Origin: a virus
Lineage: Duplodnaviria > Heunggongvirae > Uroviricota > Caudoviricetes
DNA length: 45,859 nucleotides
Reading direction: 5' to 3' (one strand)
IMG/VR virus record: IMGVR_UViG_2718218168_000002
A program made the position numbers and the translations under genes. Numbering within the stretch: the first letter of the stretch is position 1; each line of letters begins with the position of its first letter. Of this stretch, positions 1 through 8,191 are shown in pieces. A model generated the notes under the pieces. It did not search any database. It was given only the letters and a program-made list of their open reading frames with translations, and was not told where the DNA came from.

Positions 1-1248
1 ATGGCACTGAATATTCCATTCAGAAATGCGTACTATCGTTTTGCATCCAGTTACTCATTTCTCTTTTTTATTTCCTGGTCGCTGTGGTGGTCGTTATACG
101 CTATTTGGCTGAAAGGACATCTAGGGTTGACAGGGACGGAATTAGGTACACTTTATTCGGTCAACCAGTTTACCAGCATTCTATTTATGATGTTCTACGG
201 CATCGTTCAGGATAAACTCGGTCTGAAGAAACCGCTCATCTGGTGTATGAGTTTCATCCTGGTCTTGACCGGACCGTTTATGATTTACGTTTATGAACCG
301 TTACTGCAAAGCAATTTTTCTGTAGGTCTAATTCTGGGGGCGCTATTTTTTGGCTTGGGGTATCTGGCGGGATGCGGTTTGCTTGATAGCTTCACCGAAA
401 AAATGGCGCGAAATTTTCATTTCGAATATGGAACAGCGCGCGCCTGGGGATCTTTTGGCTATGCTATTGGCGCGTTCTTTGCCGGCATATTTTTTAGTAT
501 CAGTCCCCATATCAACTTCTGGTTGGTCTCGCTATTTGGCGCTGTATTTATGATGATCAACATGCGTTTTAAAGATAAGGATCACCAGTGCGTAGCGGCA
601 GATGCGGGAGGGGTAAAAAAAGAGGATTTTATCGCAGTTTTCAAGGATCGAAACTTCTGGGTTTTCGTCATATTTATTGTGGGGACGTGGTCTTTCTATA
701 ACATTTTTGATCAACAACTTTTTCCTGTCTTTTATGCAGGTTTATTCGAATCACACGATGTAGGAACGCGCCTGTATGGTTATCTCAACTCATTCCAGGT
801 GGTACTCGAAGCGCTGTGCATGGCGATTATTCCTTTCTTTGTGAATCGGGTAGGGCCAAAAAATGCATTACTTATCGGAGTTGTGATTATGGCGTTGCGT
901 ATCCTTTCCTGCGCGCTGTTCGTTAACCCCTGGATTATTTCATTAGTGAAGTTGTTACATGCCATTGAGGTTCCACTTTGTGTCATATCCGTCTTCAAAT
1001 ACAGCGTGGCAAACTTTGATAAGCGCCTGTCGTCGACGATCTTTCTGATTGGTTTTCAAATTGCCAGTTCGCTTGGGATTGTGCTGCTTTCAACGCCGAC
1101 TGGGATACTCTTTGACCACGCAGGCTACCAGACAGTTTTCTTCGCAATTTCGGGTATTGTCTGCCTGATGTTGCTATTTGGCATTTTCTTCTTGAGTAAA
1201 AAACGCGAGCAAATAGTTATGGAAACGCCTGTACCTTCAGCAATATAG
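1..1248 (+). CDS. cscB: Sucrose:H+ symporter, LacY-family MFS permease
   Basis: 415-aa ORF with a 12-TM-like hydrophobic profile; N-terminus MALNIPFRNAYYRFASSYSFLFF recalled as E. coli CscB / oligosaccharide:H+ symporter family. Not database-verified. Confidence 0.8.
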   Translation: MALNIPFRNAYYRFASSYSFLFFISWSLWWSLYAIWLKGHLGLTGTELGTLYSVNQFTSILFMMFYGIVQDKLGLKKPLIWCMSFILVLTGPFMIYVYEPLLQSNFSVGLILGALFFGLGYLAGCGLLDSFTEKMARNFHFEYGTARAWGSFGYAIGAFFAGIFFSISPHINFWLVSLFGAVFMMINMRFKDKDHQCVAADAGGVKKEDFIAVFKDRNFWVFVIFIVGTWSFYNIFDQQLFPVFYAGLFESHDVGTRLYGYLNSFQVVLEALCMAIIPFFVNRVGPKNALLIGVVIMALRILSCALFVNPWIISLVKLLHAIEVPLCVISVFKYSVANFDKRLSSTIFLIGFQIASSLGIVLLSTPTGILFDHAGYQTVFFAISGIVCLMLLFGIFFLSKKREQIVMETPVPSAI

Positions 1249-1689
1249 ACGTAAACTTTTTCCGGTTGTTGTCGATAGCTCTATATCCCTCAACCGGAAA
1301 ATAATAATAGTAAAATGCTTAGCCCTGCTAATAATCGCCTAATCCAAACGCCTCATTCATGTTCTGGTACAGTCGCTCAAATGTACTTCAGATGCGCGGT
1401 TCGCTGATTTCCAGGACATTGTCGTCATTCAGTGACCTGTCCCGTGTATCACGGTCCTGCGAATTCATCAAGGAATGCATTGCGGAGTGAAGTATCGAGT
1501 CACGCCATATTTCGCTATCAGGATTCTGTGTGATGGTTACATCGCCCGGCCCAGGGCTGTTTAGTCATCAGCGCTTTCTGACAGTGCTGAGATTTCAACC
1601 TGTTGCAGTAAAAATGAGTAGATATAAGGCAAGTGTGCTGCCAAACCCATCTTTTACGGGGTGAAGGTAGATTTCGTTTGAAGGGTATC

Positions 1690-1704
1690 TGGTGTCCCCT
1701 GCAG
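1690..1704. repeat. Prophage attachment core (attR side): 15-bp direct repeat of the argW 3-prime end
   Basis: tggtgtcccctgcag at 1690-1704 is identical to 44776-44790 inside the tRNA-Arg gene; lies just outside torI. Confidence 0.75.
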
Positions 1705-1777
1705 ACATCTACTTGGCGCGGCAGGGGATTGATTGGAATGGTGTTTTTTAGATGTGAAAAATATTTTACCCGCTATT

Positions 1778-1978
1778 TTACTCATTGGCGCGGCTTAAGA
1801 GCTTATTTTTGAATTCACAATGGTCACGATATAACCATCTTGCTCGCCCGTGGATAACTTTGGCTTTAGGCAGGTCGCCGGACTTAATCCGGTCATAGAT
1901 GAAGGTTTTACCGAAGCCAGTATCGGCCATGATGAATTTCAAATCAACCAGTGAATCAGGCTGTAGTTCGTGTTGCAT
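1778..1978 (-). CDS. torI: Excisionase / recombination directionality factor TorI (AlpA-like)
   Basis: 66-aa ORF MQHELQPDSLVDLKFIMADTGFGK..., recalled as KplE1 TorI; sits at the prophage end opposite the integrase. Confidence 0.75.
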   Translation of the reverse strand: MQHELQPDSLVDLKFIMADTGFGKTFIYDRIKSGDLPKAKVIHGRARWLYRDHCEFKNKLLSRANE

Positions 1979-1997
1979 GAGTGCTATCTCCGAATAG

Positions 1998-2013
1998 GGA
2001 ATCGAACCTGCAA
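1998..2013. repeat. 16-bp copy of the argW T-arm segment upstream of torI
   Basis: ggaatcgaacctgcaa at 1998-2013 is identical to 44790-44805, the segment of argW contiguous with the att core. Confidence 0.6.
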
Positions 2014-2302
2014 ATCAGGTAATAAAAAACCGCCATCAGGCGCTTGGTGTTCTTTCAGTTCTTCAATTCGAATATTGGTTACGTCTGCATGTGCTATCTG
2101 TGCCCATAGCATCCAGTGGTCATAGCAGTCGTTGATGTTCTATGCTTCGATAACTCTGTTGAATGGCTCTCCATTCCATTCTCCTGTGACTCGGAAGTGC
2201 ATTTATCATCTCCATAAAACAAAACTCGCCGTAGCGAGTTCAGATAAAAGAAATCCCCGCGAGTGCGAGGATTGTTATTCACCTTTGACGGCAAGTTGCA
2301 GG

Positions 2303-2590
2303 TTAGCCACGACCTTCCTCCTTTGGCTTGTGAATTTGTATCGTCATGCCGCTTTGAGTGGTGACTACAACGACAGAACCAGGCTGAAGACTGTTAAGAT
2401 TGAATGCTTCGTAAAACGAAGCCAAGGCCAGCGCTTTTTTATTCTTTCGGTTCCACCAACGCCATCCATTGCTACAGGCTACACTGACAATCCACTGTCC
2501 ACTCCTGTAAGCCATATAAAACCAGATGAGCAAAACCTGAATGAATGCTATCCAGTCAATAATCGTATATTTCGCGAAGGAGACCATCAA
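2303..2590 (-). CDS. Hypothetical phage protein
   Basis: 95-aa ORF; its start overlaps the stop of the upstream gene by 4 nt (2587-2590), suggesting translational coupling. Confidence 0.45.
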   Translation of the reverse strand: MMVSFAKYTIIDWIAFIQVLLIWFYMAYRSGQWIVSVACSNGWRWWNRKNKKALALASFYEAFNLNSLQPGSVVVVTTQSGMTIQIHKPKEEGRG

Positions 2591-3372
2591 TTAACCTCCT
2601 GCGGCGGTTCCGGTAGAGGCATCCAGTACAAGGCGTTCCCTAACCACGATAAAGTGCCGTCGCTCAACTCCACGTATTCCTCTTGTACCTGTCCTGCCAT
2701 ATACTCGCCGTGCTTTGAATAAATTAAAATCCAATCATCTTGAGCGGGCATTCGCTCACTACAGCTTATCCAACCATCCGGAGTTACCGGAGAGTTGCCA
2801 CCCTGAACAGTAGGCATATCCGGACCTTTGCGAATCGCCCTGGCAAGATCGATTGGGTCGTCGTACAACCAGTCACCTGTTTGCGGATGATTGGCCTCTG
2901 CCTGTTGCGCCGCCCACTCCAGACCGTCTTTGTGTCCTTGAAGATAGTCCAGCGGTAACTCATCACTATTACTTACAGGTTCGGCCTGAAGCATGGCGGC
3001 GCGGCAGGCGTTCCAGCCAGCTGTTCGCCCAAGCGCGTAAACTTCAGATGGCTCAAGATAATCAATGTCATGCCCGTCCTCATCGTCGTTCTCAGGTAAT
3101 GCAGCAGGTACTACCGGTACTGGCGGAGCGGCGTAGACCTCAATAATTCCATTATCAATAGGCCATTCTCCATCCTTGAGATAGTCACTTGTGCCGTCAA
3201 CTTGCTGTTCTGCAATGTGGAAAGCGCCTATTGGTTTTGCTTCCAGCGATGCCAGCGCAATCCGTGCCAGCTCTTCCGCTTCTTCTGCTGGCAGTACAAC
3301 GTTGCTACCAGGTCCGTATGTTTCGCGCCACTCCTTGATTGTCAGCAGTCGCTCTTTGGTAATAGTGGTCAT
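2587..3372 (-). CDS. Hypothetical phage early protein (possible DUF551-like C-terminus)
   Basis: 261-aa ORF in the leftward early operon; C-terminal WISCSERMP motif recalls DUF551. Weak assignment. Confidence 0.5.
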   Translation of the reverse strand: MTTITKERLLTIKEWRETYGPGSNVVLPAEEAEELARIALASLEAKPIGAFHIAEQQVDGTSDYLKDGEWPIDNGIIEVYAAPPVPVVPAALPENDDEDGHDIDYLEPSEVYALGRTAGWNACRAAMLQAEPVSNSDELPLDYLQGHKDGLEWAAQQAEANHPQTGDWLYDDPIDLARAIRKGPDMPTVQGGNSPVTPDGWISCSERMPAQDDWILIYSKHGEYMAGQVQEEYVELSDGTLSWLGNALYWMPLPEPPQEVN

Positions 3373-3375
3373 GTG

Positions 3376-3525
3376 TTAGTCCTCTGTAGCAGGTGATACG
3401 CCGTAGTTGCATTCTTCATAGAATATGTCTCTGCCTATTTCTTCGGCATCCTCTGGCGTGTCTGCTTCAAACTCAACAACCTTGCAATCATTAAATCCTT
3501 CGATAGTCACGATGTACTTAGCCAT
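3376..3525 (-). CDS. Small hypothetical protein
   Basis: Internal ATG of track ORF 3376..3606, preceded by AAGGAGAG Shine-Dalgarno; starts 2 nt after the upstream stop. Confidence 0.4.
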   Translation of the reverse strand: MAKYIVTIEGFNDCKVVEFEADTPEDAEEIGRDIFYEECNYGVSPATED

Positions 3526-3526
3526 A

Positions 3527-4126
3527 TCACTCTCCTTTGATGCGAATGCCTGCGGCGCGTGGCACATTAACTTCCACGATGCGCACAGTTGGTTTGTACA
3601 TCTCAATCGCTGTCAGCCAGTCAGCGCCGGTCATATGCTTTTCTGCATCGCCATTAGTCCATTGAACCGGCACACCAATAGCTTTCATCGCAATTTCTAT
3701 TTCCCCGGCAATGGCGCTTTTCCCGCAACCAGTAAAACCAGAGACAACGACAAGAACTTCGCCTTTGGCTGGTTTTATTTCCCGTGCTTCCAGTTCAGCA
3801 ATACGCTTACTCCCATCCGAGATAACACCTTCGTAATACTCACGCTGCTCGTTGAGTTTTGATTTTGCTGCCTCCAGTTCGTCCAGTAGTGCAATCACAT
3901 CAGGGGCACTGTCATCAACTACTGTTACGCGTGATTTTTCATAATGCTCGTCGGCAAGTGTTCGACCAATTTTGAAATCTCCATCACCACCATAACTGGA
4001 GCAGGCATAAGTGACATGTGCTCCAGATATACGCTGTATTGACATTTCCTCGCCACAAACAGAGCATTCAGGTACTGGCTTAGGTGAATAACGTTCCCGT
4101 AGCGCCTGATAATCAATCTTGCTCAC
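3527..4126 (-). CDS. Ea22-like early protein (hypothetical)
   Basis: 199-aa ORF with an N-terminal Cys cluster and a coiled-coil-like middle, as in ead/Ea22-family proteins of lambdoid early-left regions. Confidence 0.5.
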   Translation of the reverse strand: MSKIDYQALRERYSPKPVPECSVCGEEMSIQRISGAHVTYACSSYGGDGDFKIGRTLADEHYEKSRVTVVDDSAPDVIALLDELEAAKSKLNEQREYYEGVISDGSKRIAELEAREIKPAKGEVLVVVSGFTGCGKSAIAGEIEIAMKAIGVPVQWTNGDAEKHMTGADWLTAIEMYKPTVRIVEVNVPRAAGIRIKGE

Positions 4127-4178
4127 TGGTTGCCCCCTGCTTTTCTGCCTTCAACACCATGTGCGAACCATCATCCAG

Positions 4179-4367
4179 CTACCACGCGATCTCACCACCT
4201 TCAGCCATAACCAGTCGCCACACCAATTGAGCAGCCTCATTGGTAACATCACGACCTGGATCATTGCCAACGCGCATACGCCCACCTTCAACATCGCGCA
4301 TTTTTGCCAGCATGATAGTTTTTGATAGCGGTGAAAAACCAAGCTGTAGTCGTGCTGAATTACTCAC
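4179..4367 (-). CDS. Small hypothetical ORF
   Basis: 62-aa ORF in a head-to-tail chain of small leftward ORFs; no recognisable motif. Confidence 0.3.
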   Translation of the reverse strand: MSNSARLQLGFSPLSKTIMLAKMRDVEGGRMRVGNDPGRDVTNEAAQLVWRLVMAEGGEIAW

Positions 4368-4549
4368 TGGTTGCCTCCTTTGCGCAACATCGCATTCAGA
4401 TATTTGTTTTTATTCACTGATGGAAAAGAATTTCTCTTAAGCAATTCCTCTCTCGATGGCATTGGCTTTACGCGTTGGCGAATAATCATTTCTGCCGGAA
4501 GAATGCCGGGATTGTATGCAAGTCCTCTCATGGTAAATTCCTCAGTCAT
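4364..4549 (-). CDS. Small hypothetical ORF
   Basis: Internal-start version of track ORF 4364..4564; start ambiguous. Confidence 0.3.
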   Translation of the reverse strand: MTEEFTMRGLAYNPGILPAEMIIRQRVKPMPSREELLKRNSFPSVNKNKYLNAMLRKGGNQ

Positions 4550-4838
4550 TACTGATAGCGCCATAGCGTGAGCGGTAATTACGCAGGCGCGGGTCGATAT
4601 ATTCAGGGAATTTGTCTATTGTCGCTTTTCGCAACGGTCGCATTGCTGTTTCGTTTGTTCGGTCCCTCTCATCTTTTAACGCGAGCTGTATATCGCGTCG
4701 GTACATCCGTTCTGCTTTTGTTTCTGGTGTCAGGGCAATAAACGTGTCGAAATTGTTTTTGATATTTTCCAGCACCTCCGCCTTGGAGCTACCGGAGCAG
4801 TTGCGCGGGTCATCCGCACCATACAGAGGCGCTGGCAT
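4542..4838 (-). CDS. Hypothetical phage protein
   Basis: 98-aa ORF in the leftward operon, immediately downstream of the DUF669-like gene. Confidence 0.4.
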   Translation of the reverse strand: MPAPLYGADDPRNCSGSSKAEVLENIKNNFDTFIALTPETKAERMYRRDIQLALKDERDRTNETAMRPLRKATIDKFPEYIDPRLRNYRSRYGAISND

Positions 4839-4861
4839 AATGGGAGCCTTATTTTCAGTAA

Positions 4862-5449
4862 TCAGAAAGGAGGGTAATCGTTCTGGCTGTAACCATAATC
4901 ATCTGCATGATTCTGGATTACGTTTTTAGAGCGATTGTCTTTATCTTTGAGACTGGCAACCATGTTGGCGATAGTTTCTGGTTGCTTGCCTTCCGCCTTT
5001 TCTTTAAGGGTTTGACCAGTTTGTGCAATAAACGGGATGCGTATTTCCATCTGGTAGCTGTCTGCGCCAGTCTTTTTGTTTGTGGTTAATACTTTCTGGA
5101 GCACCAACCCGATTTTCTTTCCATGAAATTCAGGTGCAACAAATTTACTGACGGAAATCATATGTTGCGTTAACTGCCCAATCCCGGCACACCCCATCAT
5201 GGCGTGAACGACATTTGCGCCAAATTTGTTTTCCGTTCCGTCATTTTTCTGAACGCAGACGCTAAGATATTGGATTTTACGTCCGTCGTCGGATTCGCCA
5301 GAAAACTCAATAAATTTGGCTCCTTTTTCTGATTGCTTTAGTTCTGCTTCAGTAATGGTAATGATATGAGCGCCAGTTTCGTTAATAAAACCACCTTGCC
5401 CTGCTGTCAGTGCTGCTTCTTCGTTATAAGTAAAAATCACGTTGCTCAT
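4862..5449 (-). CDS. DUF669-like ssDNA-binding protein with SSB-like acidic C-terminal tip
   Basis: 195-aa ORF ending in DYPPF (compare the SSB DDDIPF tip); overlaps the upstream ATPase gene by 4 nt, the usual Sak4/DUF669 pairing. Confidence 0.5.
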   Translation of the reverse strand: MSNVIFTYNEEAALTAGQGGFINETGAHIITITEAELKQSEKGAKFIEFSGESDDGRKIQYLSVCVQKNDGTENKFGANVVHAMMGCAGIGQLTQHMISVSKFVAPEFHGKKIGLVLQKVLTTNKKTGADSYQMEIRIPFIAQTGQTLKEKAEGKQPETIANMVASLKDKDNRSKNVIQNHADDYGYSQNDYPPF

Positions 5450-6126
5450 GCGGCGTTTTCCTTAATTTGATGAACATTATTGATGCCGTAGTAATCACAA
5501 ACAGTGGCATCGACAAAAGAGAGATCGTTATCAATCTCATTGGAATCAAACATTCCCATTGGGGATTTAACAGTGTCTGCACCGTTGTTTTTCGTGGTGA
5601 AAAAGAACTGGTCATCACGGGTAAGGGTGCGAAGAACTATAGTAAACATGCCTTCGACAGTGATTTTCTCGTCCAGCATTTTGCCGATAGTTTTCATTTT
5701 CACGCGCCCCATAGGGGTTTCTTCTGTGTGCGCAAGAAAATAGACTCTCAGGTCATCAGGTGCATCCTGTGCAGCCTTAATCACCTCCCATGCGTGGCGG
5801 CCTATCTCAGTAAATTTATCAAACGATTTTTCTTCTGAGCGGCGCATAAACTCATTGCTCATCACATACTGGAAGTCATCAACAATAACGATTCTTTTCC
5901 CGTATTCGTGAGCACGCTTAATTACGGCAACTATTACGTCCCATTTGTCAGTGGTAACTACGGTTCCTTTTTTTGCTCTGGCATCCCATGCCAGCCATTC
6001 TTTTGATTTAAAAGGTAGCGGCTTGCCTATTGGTTTTATAAGTATTGCTTCCTCTGGATTGATATTTCTCATGCTGGTTGATTTTCCGGTGCCAGATTCA
6101 CCGAGTATTAATGTCGCAGTTCCCAT
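5446..6126 (-). CDS. Sak4-like AAA_24 ATPase (phage recombination)
   Basis: 226-aa ORF with N-terminal Walker A GESGTGKST and a Walker B-like IVIVDD; occupies the position of lambda Red. Confidence 0.6.
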   Translation of the reverse strand: MGTATLILGESGTGKSTSMRNINPEEAILIKPIGKPLPFKSKEWLAWDARAKKGTVVTTDKWDVIVAVIKRAHEYGKRIVIVDDFQYVMSNEFMRRSEEKSFDKFTEIGRHAWEVIKAAQDAPDDLRVYFLAHTEETPMGRVKMKTIGKMLDEKITVEGMFTIVLRTLTRDDQFFFTTKNNGADTVKSPMGMFDSNEIDNDLSFVDATVCDYYGINNVHQIKENAA

Positions 6127-6134
6127 AATTTGCC

Positions 6135-6335
6135 TCAGAATGGTAATTCGGATGGGACGGAAAGAAATTCGCGCTCATTCATGCGCTCTCTTTGAGCCTG
6201 CCATAAACAAAGTTGTTTCTTTGATTTATCTCCCGCTTTACGCCAGTAACGAGCCTCAGCAATGTGATATTCTCTTTTTAATCGACTTAATTCTGGAGTT
6301 TTCGCCAGTTCTACCGGAATCATTTTGACCTCCAT
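6135..6335 (-). CDS. Hypothetical phage protein
   Basis: 66-aa ORF directly downstream of kil; overlaps the kil end by 16 nt. Confidence 0.35.
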   Translation of the reverse strand: MEVKMIPVELAKTPELSRLKREYHIAEARYWRKAGDKSKKQLCLWQAQRERMNEREFLSVPSELPF

Positions 6336-6433
6336 TTTCTGTAGGCTTCGATGGCCTCACGAAACATCTTTTCATCGCCAATAAAAGTGGCGATAGTGAA
6401 TTTAGTCTGGATAGCCATAAGTGTTTTATCCAT
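6320..6433 (-). CDS. kil: Kil-like host-killing protein
   Basis: 37-aa product MDKTLMAIQTKFTIATFIGDEKMFREAIEAYRKW from the internal ATG of track ORF 6320..6559; recalled as lambda Kil-like; directly follows cIII as in lambda. Confidence 0.5.
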   Translation of the reverse strand: MDKTLMAIQTKFTIATFIGDEKMFREAIEAYRKWRSK

Positions 6434-6566
6434 TTTTGGGAACTCCTGGCTGATTAAGTACGTCGATGAGTCGTTTCCATCCGTCACGTAATTTGCGGGT
6501 GATTCGTTCAAGTAAAGATTCGGAAGGGCAGCCAGCAACAGGCCACCCTGCAATGGCATATTGCAT
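6426..6566 (-). CDS. cIII: CIII-like protease inhibitor
   Basis: 46-aa ORF below the track cutoff: MQYAIAGWPVAGCPSESLLERITRKLRDGWKRLIDVLNQPGVPKNG, matching recalled lambda CIII; AAGGAG Shine-Dalgarno upstream. Confidence 0.65.
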   Translation of the reverse strand: MQYAIAGWPVAGCPSESLLERITRKLRDGWKRLIDVLNQPGVPKNG

Positions 6567-6645
6567 GGTGTGCTCCTTATTTATACATAACGAAAACGCC
6601 TCAAGTGAAGCGTTATTGGTATGCGGTAAAGCCGCGCTCAGGCGG

Positions 6646-6894
6646 CTACTCTATTTCTTCTTCGAATGATTTTATTAGCCGGTCAATAACATCATCTGTT
6701 TCAATATCATTTCCGTCTGATTGCTTTAATACGTCTATTGATTCTGCTGCGGTAAATTCCATCGCTGTGAGAAACTCGACAATTGCACACTCAACGACAT
6801 GTCGTTCTTCATCTGTACGACATGAGATAAAAGAGCATTTAATTGCTGTTATTACTTTTTGTTTAAGTTCTGCAGGATAATCAGTTTTTATCAT
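6646..6894 (-). CDS. Hypothetical phage protein
   Basis: 82-aa acidic ORF in the pL operon, with GGAG before the ATG. Confidence 0.45.
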   Translation of the reverse strand: MIKTDYPAELKQKVITAIKCSFISCRTDEERHVVECAIVEFLTAMEFTAAESIDVLKQSDGNDIETDDVIDRLIKSFEEEIE

Positions 6895-6907
6895 CGTTTA
6901 CTCCGTC

Positions 6908-6935
6908 AAAAAAAATCGCCCTCACACTGGAGGGC
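6908..6935 (-). terminator. Rho-independent terminator in the leftward operon (tL-like)
   Basis: Minus strand reads GCCCTC-cagtgt-GAGGGC followed by an 8-nt T run (plus-strand A run 6908-6915). Confidence 0.55.
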
Positions 6936-7071
6936 AAAGAAGATTTCCAATAATCAGAACAAGTCGGCTCCTGTTTGGTTACGAGCGACATTGCTCCGTG
7001 TATTCACTCGTTGGAATGAATACACAGTGCAGTGTTTATTCTGTTGTTTATGCCAAAGATAAAGGCCACTA

Positions 7072-7169
7072 TCAGGCAGCTTTGTTGTTCTGTTTACCAA
7101 GTTCTCTGGCAATCATTGCCGCCGCTCGTAATGCCCACACCATTGATTCTTATCAATAGTCGCAGTCAT
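7072..7169 (-). pseudogene. ral: ral (restriction alleviation) remnant with internal deletion and frameshift
   Basis: N-terminal frame gives MTATIDKNQWCG then a stop after 18 codons; a second frame gives WALRAAAMIARELGKQNNKAA. Both match recalled lambda Ral termini; about 100 nt of the middle are missing. Confidence 0.45.
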
Positions 7170-7293
7170 ACGGATAGTCCTGGTATTGTTCCATCACATC
7201 CTGCGGATGCTCTTCGAACTCTTCAAATTCTTCTCCCATATCTCACCTCAAATAAGTGGTTTGCTGCGAAAGTAAATACGCTTAAGTTACCTG

Positions 7294-7431
7294 TTATTTA
7301 TCCCACCAAGTTCCGTATCTATCTATCCAGTTACACCAATCATCGACACTCCATTTTGTTGTGTCGCATTTTGGCAACTGGCATGAATATCTACCTTCTT
7401 TGTAAAGTCGGCGTTTGACTTTCTTGAGCAT
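7294..7431 (-). CDS. Small Cys-containing protein immediately downstream of N
   Basis: 45-aa ORF MLKKVKRRLYKEGRYSCQLPKCDTTKWSVDDWCNWIDRYGTWWDK, with GAGGTGAG Shine-Dalgarno; below the track length cutoff. Confidence 0.35.
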   Translation of the reverse strand: MLKKVKRRLYKEGRYSCQLPKCDTTKWSVDDWCNWIDRYGTWWDK

Positions 7432-7439
7432 GGCTCACC

Positions 7440-7745
7440 TCAATCGTAATAAGCTGGAATTGATTTTCCGCGTTGCTTCTGGCGGCCTGAGCATGTCACA
7501 CCCATTTCACTGCGTGGCTTGCGGTAGTAAATGCGATTCTGTTTACTCTCGACTTCTTCTGCCTTCTTGCAGCGAAGGCTTCCGAGTGATGCTGCTTTAT
7601 CTGCTCTGACGCAACCAGAGAGCTTTAGCGCAATTTTTCGTGCCAGTCGCTGCTCTTGCATTGCCTGTTCACGTTGAGCCTGTCTGCGTGCTCTGCGGCG
7701 ATTTCTGGCGTTATCGTCAGCCAGATATGTAATGACTACTGTCAT
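7440..7745 (-). CDS. N: N-like transcription antitermination protein
   Basis: 101-aa basic ORF with an arginine-rich N-terminal motif (ARNRRRARRQAQRE) and C-terminus GVTCSGRQKQRGKSIPAYYD resembling lambda N; first gene downstream of pL. Confidence 0.7.
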   Translation of the reverse strand: MTVVITYLADDNARNRRRARRQAQREQAMQEQRLARKIALKLSGCVRADKAASLGSLRCKKAEEVESKQNRIYYRKPRSEMGVTCSGRQKQRGKSIPAYYD

Positions 7746-7852
7746 GTTGACCTCCGATGATTGATTTTGGCGGTGACGCGCCGGGTGCTTATCTTCCGGT
7801 TGCCGTCGTGCAGCTGCACTTCACGTCACCCCAAAGCCAACTACTCTTTGGT

Positions 7853-7894
7853 TCCCGCATTTCGGCGGGACAATCCCATCAATGTTAAAGAGCC
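7853..7894 (-). promoter_or_regulatory. nutL-like site (boxA plus boxB hairpin)
   Basis: Minus strand reads GGCTCTTTAACA (boxA-like), a 12-nt spacer, then hairpin TCCCGC-cgaaat-GCGGGA; the same pair recurs downstream of cro. Confidence 0.55.
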
Positions 7895-7940
7895 TGCCAA
7901 TCTGTTCCGTTTGGCTTCCAGCTTCCTGCTGATGTGTTTA

Positions 7941-8003
7941 GTATCACCGCTAGTGGTATGCGTGTCAACACCGCCAGAGATAATTTATCACCGCAGATGG
8001 TTA
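7941..8003 (-). promoter_or_regulatory. pL promoter with oL1-oL3 operators (lambda-type)
   Basis: Minus strand TTGACA (7964-7969), 17-nt spacer, GATACT (7941-7946); operator-like 17-mers tatcaccgctagtggta, caacaccgccagagata and tatcaccgcagatggtt. Confidence 0.8.
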
Positions 8004-8160
8004 TCTGTATGTTTTTTATATAGATTTATTTTTTGCAGGGTTGTATGGATTGGGAAGGTGATCGAGAGATCTGAATTGCGATGTTTAGTGAGTTGTATCT
8101 ATTAATTTTCAAATAAATACAATTGGTTATGTGTTTTTAGGTGTGGCGATCGTGAGGCAA

Positions 8161-8186
8161 AGAAAACCCGGCGCTGAGGCCGGGTT
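8161..8186 (-). terminator. Rho-independent terminator ending the cI operon
   Basis: 8-bp stem aacccggc/gccgggtt with a 6-nt loop, then a T-rich tail on the minus strand; 6 nt after the stop of 8192..9064. Confidence 0.5.
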
Positions 8187-8191
8187 GTATA

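Noticed and set aside
350-553. 67-aa alternative-frame ORF inside cscB
   Set aside because: Fully embedded in the permease coding sequence in another frame; no support.
1391-1564. Truncated dsdA (D-serine dehydratase) remnant next to cscB
   Set aside because: The translated fragment does not resemble the DsdA sequence as I recall it; kept only as an unassigned gene fragment.
2094-2294. 66-aa minus-strand ORF upstream of torI
   Set aside because: Low-complexity translation, no ribosome-binding site, and located in the likely torI promoter region next to the tRNA-derived repeat.
7032-7418. Plus-strand ORFs (128 aa and neighbours) between ral and N
   Set aside because: Opposite to the direction of pL transcription and overlapping the minus-strand ral remnant and small ORFs.
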